A stretch of 29,102 bases of DNA from a virus. Its lineage: Duplodnaviria > Caudoviricetes. The notes under the pieces are model-generated. The model saw only the letters and a list, made by a program, of their open reading frames with translations. It was not told the DNA's origin and did not search any database. The stretch spans positions 1-29,102 of the IMG/VR virus record IMGVR_UViG_3300027711_000015; one strand, given 5' to 3'. The position numbers and the translations under genes are program-made. Positions 1 to 9,928 of this stretch are shown piece after piece. Position 1 is the first letter of the stretch; each line of letters starts with the position of its first letter.

Positions 1-2
1 CA

Positions 3-2939
3 TCTTCGCTAGACCGTCTCAGCAAAAGCGCAAAAGGCGCTGAAAACGCATCCGGCCAACTCGACCGAGCATCCAAGTCCAGCAGCAGATCAATCTCAGA
101 CGTTTCCCGCGAAAGCGACCGTGCATCGCGGTCGATGGCCACGCTGTCCGCTGCTATCCGCCCGGTAGCCGCTGGCCTCGCCGCCGCCTTCAGCGTCCGA
201 GCGCTTACCCAATACGCAGATACATGGTCCGACATGACCAGCCTTGTGCGCGTCAACATCGGCGCGCATGAGGACGCCGCCGAGGTGATGGGGCGGCTGG
301 CTGATATTGCGCGGTCTACATACTCGAGTCTGGAGCTGACCGCGCAGGGCTTCGCGCAGAACGCCTTTACCCTCAACGCACTGGGCAAGTCTACAAAGCA
401 GCAACTCGACTACACTTCCGCACTGAACAATGCCCTGGTTGTCTCTGGTGCCAAAGGGCAGCAGGCGCAGATGGTTCAGGACAGCCTGAACCGCGCCATG
501 GCCGAAGGATCTCTGCGCGGGCAGGAATTGCAGAACGTCCTGAACTACGGCAGCACGGTTGCCACCTTGCTGGCCGAAGAATTGGGTGTCAACGTCAGGC
601 AGCTCCGGGAGGTAGCCAAAGAGGGGCGCATCACTGCCGATGTGATATTCAACGCGCTGGTCAAAAACATGGAGCAGCTGGAGGAAACGGCAGAATCCAT
701 GCCCGCGACCATCGGTGATGCGTTCCTTCTGATGCGCAACTCGATCTTGCAGGCAGTCGGTGTATTCGATCAGGCCAACGGGATCAGTGAAGGGTTTGCC
801 GAAAATCTGGTGGCTGTGGCTGACGCTATTCGTGAGATTGATCTCGGGCCGATAGTGAAGTCAATGACGGCGCTGGCCGCTGTAATCGGTGTGCGCATGG
901 TCGCATCCTACATAGCGCTTGCGCAAAGCACCTTGGCCGCTACCGCCGCATCGCTAAAGGCCACTACAACGTTCAACGCTCAGACTCTGGTGCTGACCCG
1001 TACAACCGTAGCAGGAAATGCTGCGGCGCTGGCAATGCGGGGGTTGAGCTCGGCCATGGCGCTGCTTGGTGGGCCCGTAGGGGTGGCACTGCTCGCTGCC
1101 GGATCACTGGCCTACTTTGGTTCCAAGGCTGTCTCTGCCAGCCGAGACACAGACCTGCTAACTCGATCTGTAGAAGGGCTAACAAGAGCCCAGCGCGGCG
1201 TAATGATCAATCAGATCATTGCGGAGATAAGCGATCTTGAAAAAGCCGCAGCAAAAACTGCAAGACAGATAGAGCTTCATGGTAAGGCGATGGAGCAGAC
1301 GTCTTACAGCAGCGAAAGATTGCGTCGGGCGCATGAGCAACATTCGGTTTCGTTGCAGGCCGATCTTGATACCACCAACCAGAAGCTAGACGAGTACCGC
1401 CAGCGCTGGCAGTCGCTGGCCAACATGAACATTCCGGCACCACAGCTGGGCGGCAATTCATCCGAAGTAAACCGAGAATCTGACGCATTCCAAAAGCTAA
1501 ACGACCAACTCCGCGAACGCCTGCTTCTGGTCGGCCTGAACAGTGAAGCAGACCGCCTCGCCGCCCGCATCCGTGAAGGCTATGTGGATGGCCTTAAAGA
1601 GGGCGAAGGCGAGATTCTTGTTGCCCTGCAACGGCAGATAGATGCCGCCGAGCGCGCCGCCGAGGCGAGCAAGTCTGCTGCTGACGAAGCAAAGCGTAGA
1701 CAGGATGCCCTGAAGTCGTCCTTTGAAAGCACTCTGGAAGGGTATCAGCGTCAGATCGCGCTTGGAGAAGACGCCAGCGAAGTAGAGCAGCTTCTGTACG
1801 AAATCCAATATGGCCGCCTGCAAGGACTTCTCCCGGCACAGCAAGAGATGCTGCGCGGCATGGCCGAAGAACTGGACATGCGCAACAAGCTGGCGCAGAT
1901 CGAAGCCGACCAGCAAGAAATCAACCGCGACCGTGACGCTATCGCCCGCGAGCTGATGAGCGAAGAAGAGCGGATCCAAGAATCCTATGCACGCCGCCGA
2001 GCCATCATCGAGAACGCCACGTTCGAGAACGAGCAGGCGCGCACCGAACTGCTGCTGCGGCTGGAGAACGAGCGTAACGAGCAGCTGCTGGAAGTCAACG
2101 GGACCTATTGGGACCGCTGGCTGCGGGCTGCTGAGGAAAACCTGTCGAGCTTCGACGAGCTGTCGAAGACGGTCGTTGACAGCTTTACACAGCAGTTCGG
2201 AAACGCCTTCGAAGATATGATCCTCAATGCCGAATCCGTGGGCGATGCGGTGCTGGGCATGGCCCAAGGCATGGTCCGCGCTGTGGTCAACGCGATCGGG
2301 CAGATGATCGCGCAGGAGTTGGCGTATCAGGCTGTCATCGCTCTGCGCGGCACGGTCGCCACTACAGCAGCAGCGGCCGAGACTGCGGCCATTGCTACGA
2401 CCACTGCTGCGGCAACTGCTGCCACGGCGACGACTACGACTGCGCAGGTAGCGGCAGCCACCACAACGGCAGCAGCTTGGACGCCTGCCGCCTTCATGGC
2501 GTCCATCGGCTCGTTCGGCGCTGCCGCCGCAATCGGTATTGCCGCTGTTCTGGCGCTCGGAGCGCTGGGAGGCTTCCGCAAAGGCGGCTACACCGGCAAC
2601 GGCGGCGTGGATGATGTGGCAGGCGTGGTGCATGGACGTGAGTTCGTATTCGATGCCGCCGCCACCTCGCGTATCGGGGTCAGCAATCTTGAGGCCATGC
2701 GCAAGGGTCAGGCGCTGCCGACCAATGTGATCCCGTTTCCCACCGCAACACCCGCAGCGCAAGGTGGCGCCCCGATCATCAACGTCTATGAGGCGGAAGG
2801 GACTACGGCGAGCGTGACCACTAGTAAAGACGACCAGGGCCGCGACGTGATCGAGATCGTGGTCAACAACCTGCTCACCGGCGGCGAAATAGCCGATTCC
2901 GTCAACCGCATCACCGGCACTCAGTTTCAGGGGTCATAA
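3..2939 (+). CDS. Tail tape measure protein (5'-truncated by window edge)
   Basis: Frame of ORF 135-2939 is open back to position 3 (SSLDRLSKSAKG...). Ala-rich helical protein with tape-measure N-terminal domain (AMAEGSLRGQELQNVL, EGRITADVI), typical C-terminal motif FRKGGYTGNGG...AGVVHGREFVF, and position before tail-tip genes. Confidence 0.95.
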   Translation, partial: SSLDRLSKSAKGAENASGQLDRASKSSSRSISDVSRESDRASRSMATLSAAIRPVAAGLAAAFSVRALTQYADTWSDMTSLVRVNIGAHEDAAEVMGRLADIARSTYSSLELTAQGFAQNAFTLNALGKSTKQQLDYTSALNNALVVSGAKGQQAQMVQDSLNRAMAEGSLRGQELQNVLNYGSTVATLLAEELGVNVRQLREVAKEGRITADVIFNALVKNMEQLEETAESMPATIGDAFLLMRNSILQAVGVFDQANGISEGFAENLVAVADAIREIDLGPIVKSMTALAAVIGVRMVASYIALAQSTLAATAASLKATTTFNAQTLVLTRTTVAGNAAALAMRGLSSAMALLGGPVGVALLAAGSLAYFGSKAVSASRDTDLLTRSVEGLTRAQRGVMINQIIAEISDLEKAAAKTARQIELHGKAMEQTSYSSERLRRAHEQHSVSLQADLDTTNQKLDEYRQRWQSLANMNIPAPQLGGNSSEVNRESDAFQKLNDQLRERLLLVGLNSEADRLAARIREGYVDGLKEGEGEILVALQRQIDAAERAAEASKSAADEAKRRQDALKSSFESTLEGYQRQIALGEDASEVEQLLYEIQYGRLQGLLPAQQEMLRGMAEELDMRNKLAQIEADQQEINRDRDAIARELMSEEERIQESYARRRAIIENATFENEQARTELLLRLENERNEQLLEVNGTYWDRWLRAAEENLSSFDELSKTVVDSFTQQFGNAFEDMILNAESVGDAVLGMAQGMVRAVVNAIGQMIAQELAYQAVIALRGTVATTAAAAETAAIATTTAAATAATATTTTAQVAAATTTAAAWTPAAFMASIGSFGAAAAIGIAAVLALGALGGFRKGGYTGNGGVDDVAGVVHGREFVFDAAATSRIGVSNLEAMRKGQALPTNVIPFPTATPAAQGGAPIINVYEAEGTTASVTTSKDDQGRDVIEIVVNNLLTGGEIADSVNRITGTQFQGS

Positions 2940-3397
2940 TGATCAGATTTCCAGACAATCTGCCGCCGCCACTGCTGAGTGGCCACCGCATGCGCAAAGT
3001 AGACGGCATGCAGCGCACCAAGATGCGCTCTGGTCGTACATTTGCGCGGCTTGAGTTCAGCGGCACGCCCAACGACTTCACCCTGTCGTGGTACTTCAGC
3101 CAGATTGAGGCATTCCAGTTCGAGCAGTGGCACGCTAACGCCATCAAGGGTGGGGCTTTGCAGTTCGTCATGCCGGTTCAGATGAGCGACGGCATGCGCG
3201 ACCGTGTGTGCCAGTTCCTCGACATGTACGAAGGGCCGAACAAGATCAGTCCCTGCCTGTGGGAAGTGTCCGCCCCCGTTCAGGTTCTCGATCAGGTGGG
3301 CGAGGGCATAGACCCGGGCTGGTGGGAATTCCCCGAGTGGATTGCGTGGGCTAATCTGTTTGATGTGACCATGAACAAGCACTGGCCGGAGGCGTAA
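2939..3397 (+). CDS. Minor tail / distal tail protein
   Basis: TAATG-coupled to tape measure; P-x-L-P-x-P and RTKMRSGRTFAR motifs typical of the gene following TMP in this tail type. Confidence 0.75.
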   Translation: MIRFPDNLPPPLLSGHRMRKVDGMQRTKMRSGRTFARLEFSGTPNDFTLSWYFSQIEAFQFEQWHANAIKGGALQFVMPVQMSDGMRDRVCQFLDMYEGPNKISPCLWEVSAPVQVLDQVGEGIDPGWWEFPEWIAWANLFDVTMNKHWPEA

Positions 3398-3885
3398 TGG
3401 CGACGCTTCAGGAAGTCTATGCAAGCCGAGGCGACATCAAGTTGCTGGAGGCGGTGCAGATAAACTCACCGGCATGGCCGTCGATCTATCTGGTTCGAGA
3501 TTATCAGGATCGACTTCTGTACGTGCCGGAGGAAGATCAGTTCGTGCTGCACCAAGCGGCATCCATCGGGGTAACCAAGCCGAGCCAAGACAACCGAGGC
3601 AACCAGACATTGCAGTTCGTCATCGACAACGTGCTGCAAGAGGTCAGGAAGCATATAAAGGAGGCGTTCGAGGCCGATGCCAAGGTAGAGCTGCAAGTGC
3701 GCACATACCTGGAAGCCGACCTAACTGCCCCGGCCAGCCGAACCCTCACGGCGGACGTGAAGACCGTCGAGATAGTCGGAACCGAAGCGCGCTTGGAGGC
3801 TGGCTTCTTCTCCATTTATGACACCAACTTCAACCGTATTACCTACAACAGCAAAACGGCACCGGCACTTGTCTATGAATCTTGA
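3397..3885 (+). CDS. Minor tail protein (DUF1833-like, lambda gpL position)
   Basis: LQEVYAS N-terminus, QTLQFVIDNV and RTYL motifs; synteny between distal tail and NlpC/P60 genes. Confidence 0.75.
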   Translation: MATLQEVYASRGDIKLLEAVQINSPAWPSIYLVRDYQDRLLYVPEEDQFVLHQAASIGVTKPSQDNRGNQTLQFVIDNVLQEVRKHIKEAFEADAKVELQVRTYLEADLTAPASRTLTADVKTVEIVGTEARLEAGFFSIYDTNFNRITYNSKTAPALVYES

Positions 3886-4261
3886 GCCTTACATGCGCAG
3901 CAGGTACGTCAACGGCGGTCGCGTTCTGCCTTCCGTAGACTGTTGGGGGATGACCCGCCTTGCCTTCCACGAGATCCACGGCGTAGAGCTGCCCCTTCTC
4001 AACGGCCTGAATGCCGAAAACCTGATGGGCAAGTCCCGAAACTACGTACAGCTTGCGAAGATCATGCGCGAGTGCCCGCCGCAGCATGGTGCCATTGCGG
4101 CTGTCGTGACCGGCAACGCCTGCGAGCATGTGGGGATCTGTATTACAATCAGCGGGAACCTGTTTGTCATGGAGACAACAGAAGAAACCGGGCCGCGCAT
4201 CATACCGCTGTCGGCATTTGTTGAGGAGCGTGGGAATGTCCGCTGTTACACATCCGCTTGA
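3875..4261 (+). CDS. NlpC/P60-family tail tip assembly protein
   Basis: YVNGGR...DCWG and HVGI motifs; ATG at 3875 overlapping the upstream gene end is preferred over 3818. Confidence 0.85.
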   Translation: MNLEPYMRSRYVNGGRVLPSVDCWGMTRLAFHEIHGVELPLLNGLNAENLMGKSRNYVQLAKIMRECPPQHGAIAAVVTGNACEHVGICITISGNLFVMETTEETGPRIIPLSAFVEERGNVRCYTSA

Positions 4262-7139
4262 TTGGTATCCCGTCGCGTTTGCTGCTGAGCCGTTCCAGAC
4301 GCTCCAGATTCCGGATGGCGCTATATTGGGCGAGTGGCTGGAAGAGAATATTCCCGGCTTCGATGGCGAGCGAGACGACATAGTTTACAGCCAGCCGCTT
4401 AGCGCACCGGTGCATAGCAGAGTGGTGGCAGAGTTTGCACCCAAAGGCGGGGCGATCCAATCGATACTGAAGCCAGTCTTCAAGCTGCTTGGATTGACGG
4501 TAAAAACCCCAAAGGCACCATCACAGCAGCGTAACGACGATATCGAGCTTGCCGCTTTCGAGGCCAACACCGTGCGCTACGGACAGGTCGTGCGCGAGTC
4601 TTTCGGGATGACAAAGATATTCCCGGACTACCTCGTCCCGCGGAGGCGCTACTTCCGTAACAAGCGGGACCATTGGGCAGAGATGCTGCTGTGCGTAGGC
4701 GTGGGTTCCTATGATATTCCGCTAAGCACAGTGACGTTCGGTCGATCCTCGGTCATCGGCTTGGGAGGGTACGCCCGCGTCTACCAGCCGGGTGAGTCGC
4801 TGGCCGGCGAGTCCGCCGCTGAATGGTGGTACACAGCACCCGAGGTGGGGGCCACGACCACCAGCGGCGGTCTTCCGCTCGAAACCGTGTTCCCCGCTAC
4901 TCGTTACGCTCCGGACGGTCTTTACCAGTTCAGCGGCAAGACCATTACGCCCATGGGTGGCCAATCCCTGCCTTCCGATTGGGCAATCGGTATGTACTTG
5001 GATCTTCGCTACTATCATGGCTATCAGGTATCAGGCAACACTCTTTCGGGTGACTTCTCCGGTCTACAGGTGGAGGCTGGCGACCGCGTAGAGGTTGAGG
5101 GTGATTACGACGGAACGTTTACAGTCCAGAGCTTCACGCCGGCAACAGGTGGAACGCCGGGAACTGCATCGCTTTGGACAGCTTCATCAGCGCCGTCCTT
5201 GAACTATTCGGCCACGCCTGCGCAGTTCAGCGTCAACATCGGACTGATCAGCGGCGTGCTGTCTATCAGCGGTGACTACCCGAACCAGTCCGCGCTGGTG
5301 TCTGCTCTGAACGCAGCCGTGGCCGAAACATCGCTGAATGGGCTGATCCAGTTTGAAGACGGACTGGCTATTCGAGAGCTTCCGCCTTACGCAGGCTGGC
5401 GCATCACCGTGACAGACCTGTCGGAAGCGTCGCGCATGTTCGGTGACATTGGAATGAGCAACACGCTTACAGTGGTGGGCGAGGCTGCATCATCTGGTTC
5501 TGGCGCTACTCTAACGCTTAGTGGGTTCGCTGCAGATACCAACACGGCCCGCCTGTCGATCAACAAGCAGGGCGAGCGATTCATCATCACCAGCGCCTCT
5601 CCGAGCATTGTAGGCGTGGACCGCGTGGATGACTTGGGCGATAGCGACTGGGCAGGATGGGGGGCCGGCTTCCAGACCGTTGATGCGGACATATCGCTGG
5701 GGGCGGACAGCTCCCAAGGTGGGTGGGCGGGACCGTATCGCGCAACACCTGCAGACGAGCTATGCTCGGCTCTGGAGTTTGATGTGATGTTCCCGCAGGG
5801 GCTGAGCTATACCAGCAGTGGTGGGAGTACGAAACCATCCGAAGTAACGATTGAATTCGCGTATAGAGGCGGACCCGGTGATCCTTGGGAGACCGTGCGG
5901 CGTACCTATGTACAAGGCGAGAAGAAAATGATCGCGTTCACAGAGCGCGTGAACTTCGCTAGCCCTCGTAGGATCACTGAAACCCGTATGCGCCGGATCA
6001 CGCCCGAGTCGACCCACTATAAGACAATGAACATCTGCGAATGGTTTGGCCTGCGCGCCAAGATCCACGGCGCCCCGACTTCGTATCCGTACTTCACAAC
6101 CGTGGCTATCAAGGTTAAAGGCTCGAGCTCGGTAGGTATCGAGGCAGACGAGATGCTTGGGGTGATCGCTACGCGCATCTTGAATGGCGTGCCAGAGCGG
6201 AGGATTAGCAAGGCGGTTGAATACATTGCCCGTCGTGCTCCTGTAAATACAACTGCGCTCAACATACTGGAGTATGTTCACTGGTCACCCCGTAACGATT
6301 ACTTCGATTTCTCGTTCGAGACCCCGGCCACGATCAAACAAGCGGTGCAAAAGGCGCTGGCCGTAGGGTTCTCTGACTTCTCGCTTGACGATGGCGTACT
6401 CACCCCCGTCCGTGACGGCCCCATACCGCCCGAAATGATGTACGCCTACTGGCAGACATTCTCTGCACAGAACACCATCAACGACATAACCACCACGATC
6501 GAGATGATCAGCGATGATGAAACAGATGGGATCGACGTTGAATATCTGGACCAGCGAACATGGCGTATCGAGACTGTGCGCTGCATGGAGCCGGGTAGCC
6601 TGGGGCTGAAGATCGAGAAGGTCAAAGCAGACGGCATCATAGACCGAGACCGGGCCTACCGCTTCGGTATGCGCGAGCTGATGACCCGCAAGACCGAGCG
6701 CGAGCGAATCCGTGCGCAGACGGAACTATCTGGCCTTAACTGCGGATATGGTCGTTATGTGAACTTCGTCAACGAGGTCCCTGGCTGGTCGCAGTCGAGC
6801 ATCGTCAAATCCTTCGCTGGCGGCATCCTTGAATCCATGGACATCCTCGACTGGCAGGAAGGACAGGAGCATGTGGTAGCGCTGCGGCGCGATGACGGCA
6901 CCCTGACGGCCATATTCGATGCTGAATATGTCGGACCCCAGAAGATGCTGATTACGTCGCCGCTCGGCTTCGATCCGACTCCATACCACACCAACCTTTA
7001 CTTCGGTATACGCGAGCGCCTGTCCACGCCGGGCATCGTCCGTGAGGTTCGCCCGTCCGGTGAGAATAGGGTAAATTTGGTGGCAATCGCATATAATCCC
7101 GAGAAGTACATTTACGACGACGCTGAGGCGGATAACTGA
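4236..7139 (+). CDS. Tail tip / host specificity protein (J-like central tail protein)
   Basis: About 967 aa; ESFGMTKIFPDY, LCVGVG, FPQGL, DGIDVEYLDQRTW motifs; GAGGAG RBS upstream of ATG 4236. Confidence 0.88.
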   Translation: MSAVTHPLDWYPVAFAAEPFQTLQIPDGAILGEWLEENIPGFDGERDDIVYSQPLSAPVHSRVVAEFAPKGGAIQSILKPVFKLLGLTVKTPKAPSQQRNDDIELAAFEANTVRYGQVVRESFGMTKIFPDYLVPRRRYFRNKRDHWAEMLLCVGVGSYDIPLSTVTFGRSSVIGLGGYARVYQPGESLAGESAAEWWYTAPEVGATTTSGGLPLETVFPATRYAPDGLYQFSGKTITPMGGQSLPSDWAIGMYLDLRYYHGYQVSGNTLSGDFSGLQVEAGDRVEVEGDYDGTFTVQSFTPATGGTPGTASLWTASSAPSLNYSATPAQFSVNIGLISGVLSISGDYPNQSALVSALNAAVAETSLNGLIQFEDGLAIRELPPYAGWRITVTDLSEASRMFGDIGMSNTLTVVGEAASSGSGATLTLSGFAADTNTARLSINKQGERFIITSASPSIVGVDRVDDLGDSDWAGWGAGFQTVDADISLGADSSQGGWAGPYRATPADELCSALEFDVMFPQGLSYTSSGGSTKPSEVTIEFAYRGGPGDPWETVRRTYVQGEKKMIAFTERVNFASPRRITETRMRRITPESTHYKTMNICEWFGLRAKIHGAPTSYPYFTTVAIKVKGSSSVGIEADEMLGVIATRILNGVPERRISKAVEYIARRAPVNTTALNILEYVHWSPRNDYFDFSFETPATIKQAVQKALAVGFSDFSLDDGVLTPVRDGPIPPEMMYAYWQTFSAQNTINDITTTIEMISDDETDGIDVEYLDQRTWRIETVRCMEPGSLGLKIEKVKADGIIDRDRAYRFGMRELMTRKTERERIRAQTELSGLNCGYGRYVNFVNEVPGWSQSSIVKSFAGGILESMDILDWQEGQEHVVALRRDDGTLTAIFDAEYVGPQKMLITSPLGFDPTPYHTNLYFGIRERLSTPGIVREVRPSGENRVNLVAIAYNPEKYIYDDAEADN

Positions 7140-7657
7140 TGAGCAGATTCAATACCGGCAATCCTTTGGGCAGCAATGATCCTCGGGATCTGGACGATAA
7201 CGCTAAGAACATGGATCTGGCGGTGAACGCCGAAGCTGACACCTTTCAGGATCGGCTGGGCAAAAGTCGGTTGACCTGGGCGGGGATTGTTAAAGCTGGA
7301 ACTGGCGATGCCGGGGTTATCGTCCCGATGGTGCAGCAGGCTGTTCAGGACGTGATTGACGGCGTGGATGGACAGGTTGCTGTGGCCGAAAATGCTGCGG
7401 ATCGGGCTGAGGCTGCTTACGACGCTATATATAACAGTGGAGCGTTACAGTCTGCTGGTATTTACGAGACGATTGCAGACGGTTTGGCAGGTGTTGACGA
7501 TGATGAGTATTTTTGGGTTTACCCGAACAGCCTTAACAGCATTGAGAACCTAACATTATTTAAGAGGGTGGATGCGATGACAGAAGAACTGCTTTTTGTG
7601 CAATATAACCTGAACGAATACATGATTGAAGAAGGCGCAAACTGGGGGGCAGTGTAA
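7139..7657 (+). CDS. Short tailspike/tail fibre anchor (adaptor) protein
   Basis: N-terminus FNTGNPLGSNDPRDLDDNAKNMDLAVN...DRLGKSRLTW is a characteristic tailspike virion-attachment domain; followed by a short coiled coil and a YETIADGLA...YFWV motif; only 172 aa. Confidence 0.8.
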   Translation: MSRFNTGNPLGSNDPRDLDDNAKNMDLAVNAEADTFQDRLGKSRLTWAGIVKAGTGDAGVIVPMVQQAVQDVIDGVDGQVAVAENAADRAEAAYDAIYNSGALQSAGIYETIADGLAGVDDDEYFWVYPNSLNSIENLTLFKRVDAMTEELLFVQYNLNEYMIEEGANWGAV

Positions 7658-8811
7658 TGGCTGAGAAATTATTGAAAGTGGGCGGTATGGATACAGGCCG
7701 CACCGCAAGACCTTTATCGACAGACCTGAGCGGCAGGCTAAACGTAAATACACCAGCAAAACTGGGGTATTTGGGGTACGTTGTGGAACCCTACCCAAGC
7801 GGATTCAGAGGTGTCGTCGCTTCTTTTGGCTTGCCTGTGTATCAGTCTTCGCAAATAAACACAGGGAGTAACTACTCGTATTTCGTGGAGGGAAATGGGC
7901 TTCTGTACGCCATTGGCCTCAACAAAGTTCTTGAGATAAACAGGTACGGAACTGTTCTTCGGGAGTTCTCGTACAGTGGCGACAAGGGTAATGGTGTTTA
8001 CCTCCCGTTAGGTGCTGTTGTAAAAGGTGAGTTTTTATACCTGCTGGCGGACAAGGGCGGCGACCTGAACATGGTTAAGCTGTCAACCAAGTCAGGAACA
8101 AAGTCCTCCGAAGAAGTGATCAAAGAGAACTCACTGGTTCGCGGAGGCAATGACCCGACAACGGCTGACGCAATGCTCAAAAAAAACAGGGCCCTAAAAT
8201 ACGGCAGCGAAACTGTTGTAGTGGGGGAAGGTGCCCTGTATTTTCTGGATGACAATCTAGGACTGAGCAGAGAAATCCTTCTTGCTAGCAGTATTGTTGA
8301 CCTGCGTGGGTCTTTTATTCACGGAGACAAGCTGTATGCGTCATCCAGAGGTGTTGGAACATGGGTGATTGACTTAATTAGCGGGGCACAAAGTATGGCG
8401 ACAGGTAGCTCGCTGAATTTTTACGATGTGGTCCATGCAAGCGAGGGGAAGTACCTTCTCTCATCGAGAGGGTTTTTTCTGGAGCTGGACACAGACACCG
8501 ATGAAATAACCCCTCACGAAATTGCTGGCGCAGAGAGACTGAGAAACAATTCCTTTGTGTTCGCTGTTAAGGTGGGGGGCGGGTTTATAGCAAAAACCGC
8601 TAACAGATGGGCTAGTTCAGCGCCATGGGACGTGATGCCAAGCGATGGGGTGCTGGTGCGTATTACGGAGGACTTTAAGATAACATACACTATCGATAGC
8701 ACCGAGAACTCAATTATTCGAGATGCGGGTGGGGCTTTGTGCCTAATTCAGATCAACGAGGTCATCGCCTCCGGCACAGACTTAGACCTTCGCGGATACT
8801 TGGTGGTGTAA
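7657..8811 (+). CDS. Putative receptor-binding protein, beta-rich (possible beta-propeller)
   Basis: 384 aa, TAATG-coupled to the anchor gene; repeated short beta-strand motifs (GLLYAIG, GEFLYLL, GALYFLD, GDKLYAS, GKYLLS); visibly lower GC than flanking genes. Confidence 0.55.
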   Translation: MAEKLLKVGGMDTGRTARPLSTDLSGRLNVNTPAKLGYLGYVVEPYPSGFRGVVASFGLPVYQSSQINTGSNYSYFVEGNGLLYAIGLNKVLEINRYGTVLREFSYSGDKGNGVYLPLGAVVKGEFLYLLADKGGDLNMVKLSTKSGTKSSEEVIKENSLVRGGNDPTTADAMLKKNRALKYGSETVVVGEGALYFLDDNLGLSREILLASSIVDLRGSFIHGDKLYASSRGVGTWVIDLISGAQSMATGSSLNFYDVVHASEGKYLLSSRGFFLELDTDTDEITPHEIAGAERLRNNSFVFAVKVGGGFIAKTANRWASSAPWDVMPSDGVLVRITEDFKITYTIDSTENSIIRDAGGALCLIQINEVIASGTDLDLRGYLVV

Positions 8812-8812
8812 C

Positions 8813-9928
8813 ATGGCTAAAACAGTTTACAGACAGAGGGGTGCGTATGTGGAGCAGGTCCCATCCGCCAGCGCTCCATCTCCGTGGTATGGGGAATATA
8901 TTGTGGCGGCACACCGGGGGATTGTACTAGGCGGTGTGCCTGAAAACAGCATCGACTCCCTGCGCTTGGCGTGGCGGTACGGCTATAAAATCGTAGAAGT
9001 AGACCCCAAGTTTACCGCCGATGGTGTGCTGGTTGCGCTGCACGACGGTACGCTGAACAGAACGATGGAGAACGTCGACGGAACGGAAATAGAAGGTAGC
9101 GTGCGTGTTTCCGAGAAGACACTGTCCGAGCTTAGGTCCCAGTACAGGCTAAAATCCAGCGACCCTAAGTTTAGGAGACCTATTCCTACGCTTGAGGAGT
9201 TTTTCCTGGAGTGCAGACGCCTAGATATCATCCCCATGATCGACAATAAGTTAGGTAGCATTGAGCCTCACTTGTTAGCCCAGAGGGTGCTAGGCAGTGC
9301 GTATATAGCATTCTGCAACAGCTTTGATGTCCTGATGCAAACCAGAGAGTTTTTTAATGGTCTCTGCTTGCTCAACTCCGCAGCAAGTCATTCGCAGGTT
9401 GTGCCTATGCTCAAAGAAATTGGGGGATGGGCAGGTGTGTCTTCCTTGAACGCGGGTGCGGTCTCTCAGGAGGCTCAGGACGCACTACACGAGAACGGTT
9501 TTGTGCTGCAAGCGTCCATCATGGGCAGAGCGGACAGCGTTAGAAAGCACTATCAAGGGGTGGACTTTCAGTTGTCGGACTGGCTCATCAATCTGTCGGG
9601 GCGTCAGATGGGGGTTAGCAGGAAACGCCTTCCAGATATGACCACAACTGGCAGCACAGTCGCCCTCGGCGTGCAGCTAGATGCAGGAGAGGAGCTGCTG
9701 TATGAGCACGACACGGCACTAGAGTATCATGCTATTGATGTGTTTCTGGAGGTAGAGGGGTCGGTAAAGATTTTGCTAAATGGCCAAAACTACGGGGAGC
9801 ACATAGATATTGAGGGCACTCTGAGGGCATCAAACATAGGTCACTCTTCAGCTCCGAAAATAGAAATCAGAGGCGGGGTAGGCGGGGCGCTAGTTAGGAG
9901 TGTGGAAATCAGTGTAGCGGATGTGTAA
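8813..9928 (+). CDS. Glycerophosphodiester phosphodiesterase (GDPD) domain protein, tail-associated locus
   Basis: Canonical GDPD signature AHRG...PENS...EVD...TADGVLVALHDGTLNRT and IPTLEEF; extra C-terminal beta-rich region of about 110 aa. Confidence 0.9.
   Translation: MAKTVYRQRGAYVEQVPSASAPSPWYGEYIVAAHRGIVLGGVPENSIDSLRLAWRYGYKIVEVDPKFTADGVLVALHDGTLNRTMENVDGTEIEGSVRVSEKTLSELRSQYRLKSSDPKFRRPIPTLEEFFLECRRLDIIPMIDNKLGSIEPHLLAQRVLGSAYIAFCNSFDVLMQTREFFNGLCLLNSAASHSQVVPMLKEIGGWAGVSSLNAGAVSQEAQDALHENGFVLQASIMGRADSVRKHYQGVDFQLSDWLINLSGRQMGVSRKRLPDMTTTGSTVALGVQLDAGEELLYEHDTALEYHAIDVFLEVEGSVKILLNGQNYGEHIDIEGTLRASNIGHSSAPKIEIRGGVGGALVRSVEISVADV

Noticed and set aside
2350-2530. Ala/Thr low-complexity repeats (GCN/ACN runs)
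   Set aside because: Ordinary tape-measure coding low complexity, not a CRISPR or tandem array
1497-2762. 421-aa minus-strand ORF
   Set aside because: Antisense shadow of the tape measure gene; no recognisable motifs
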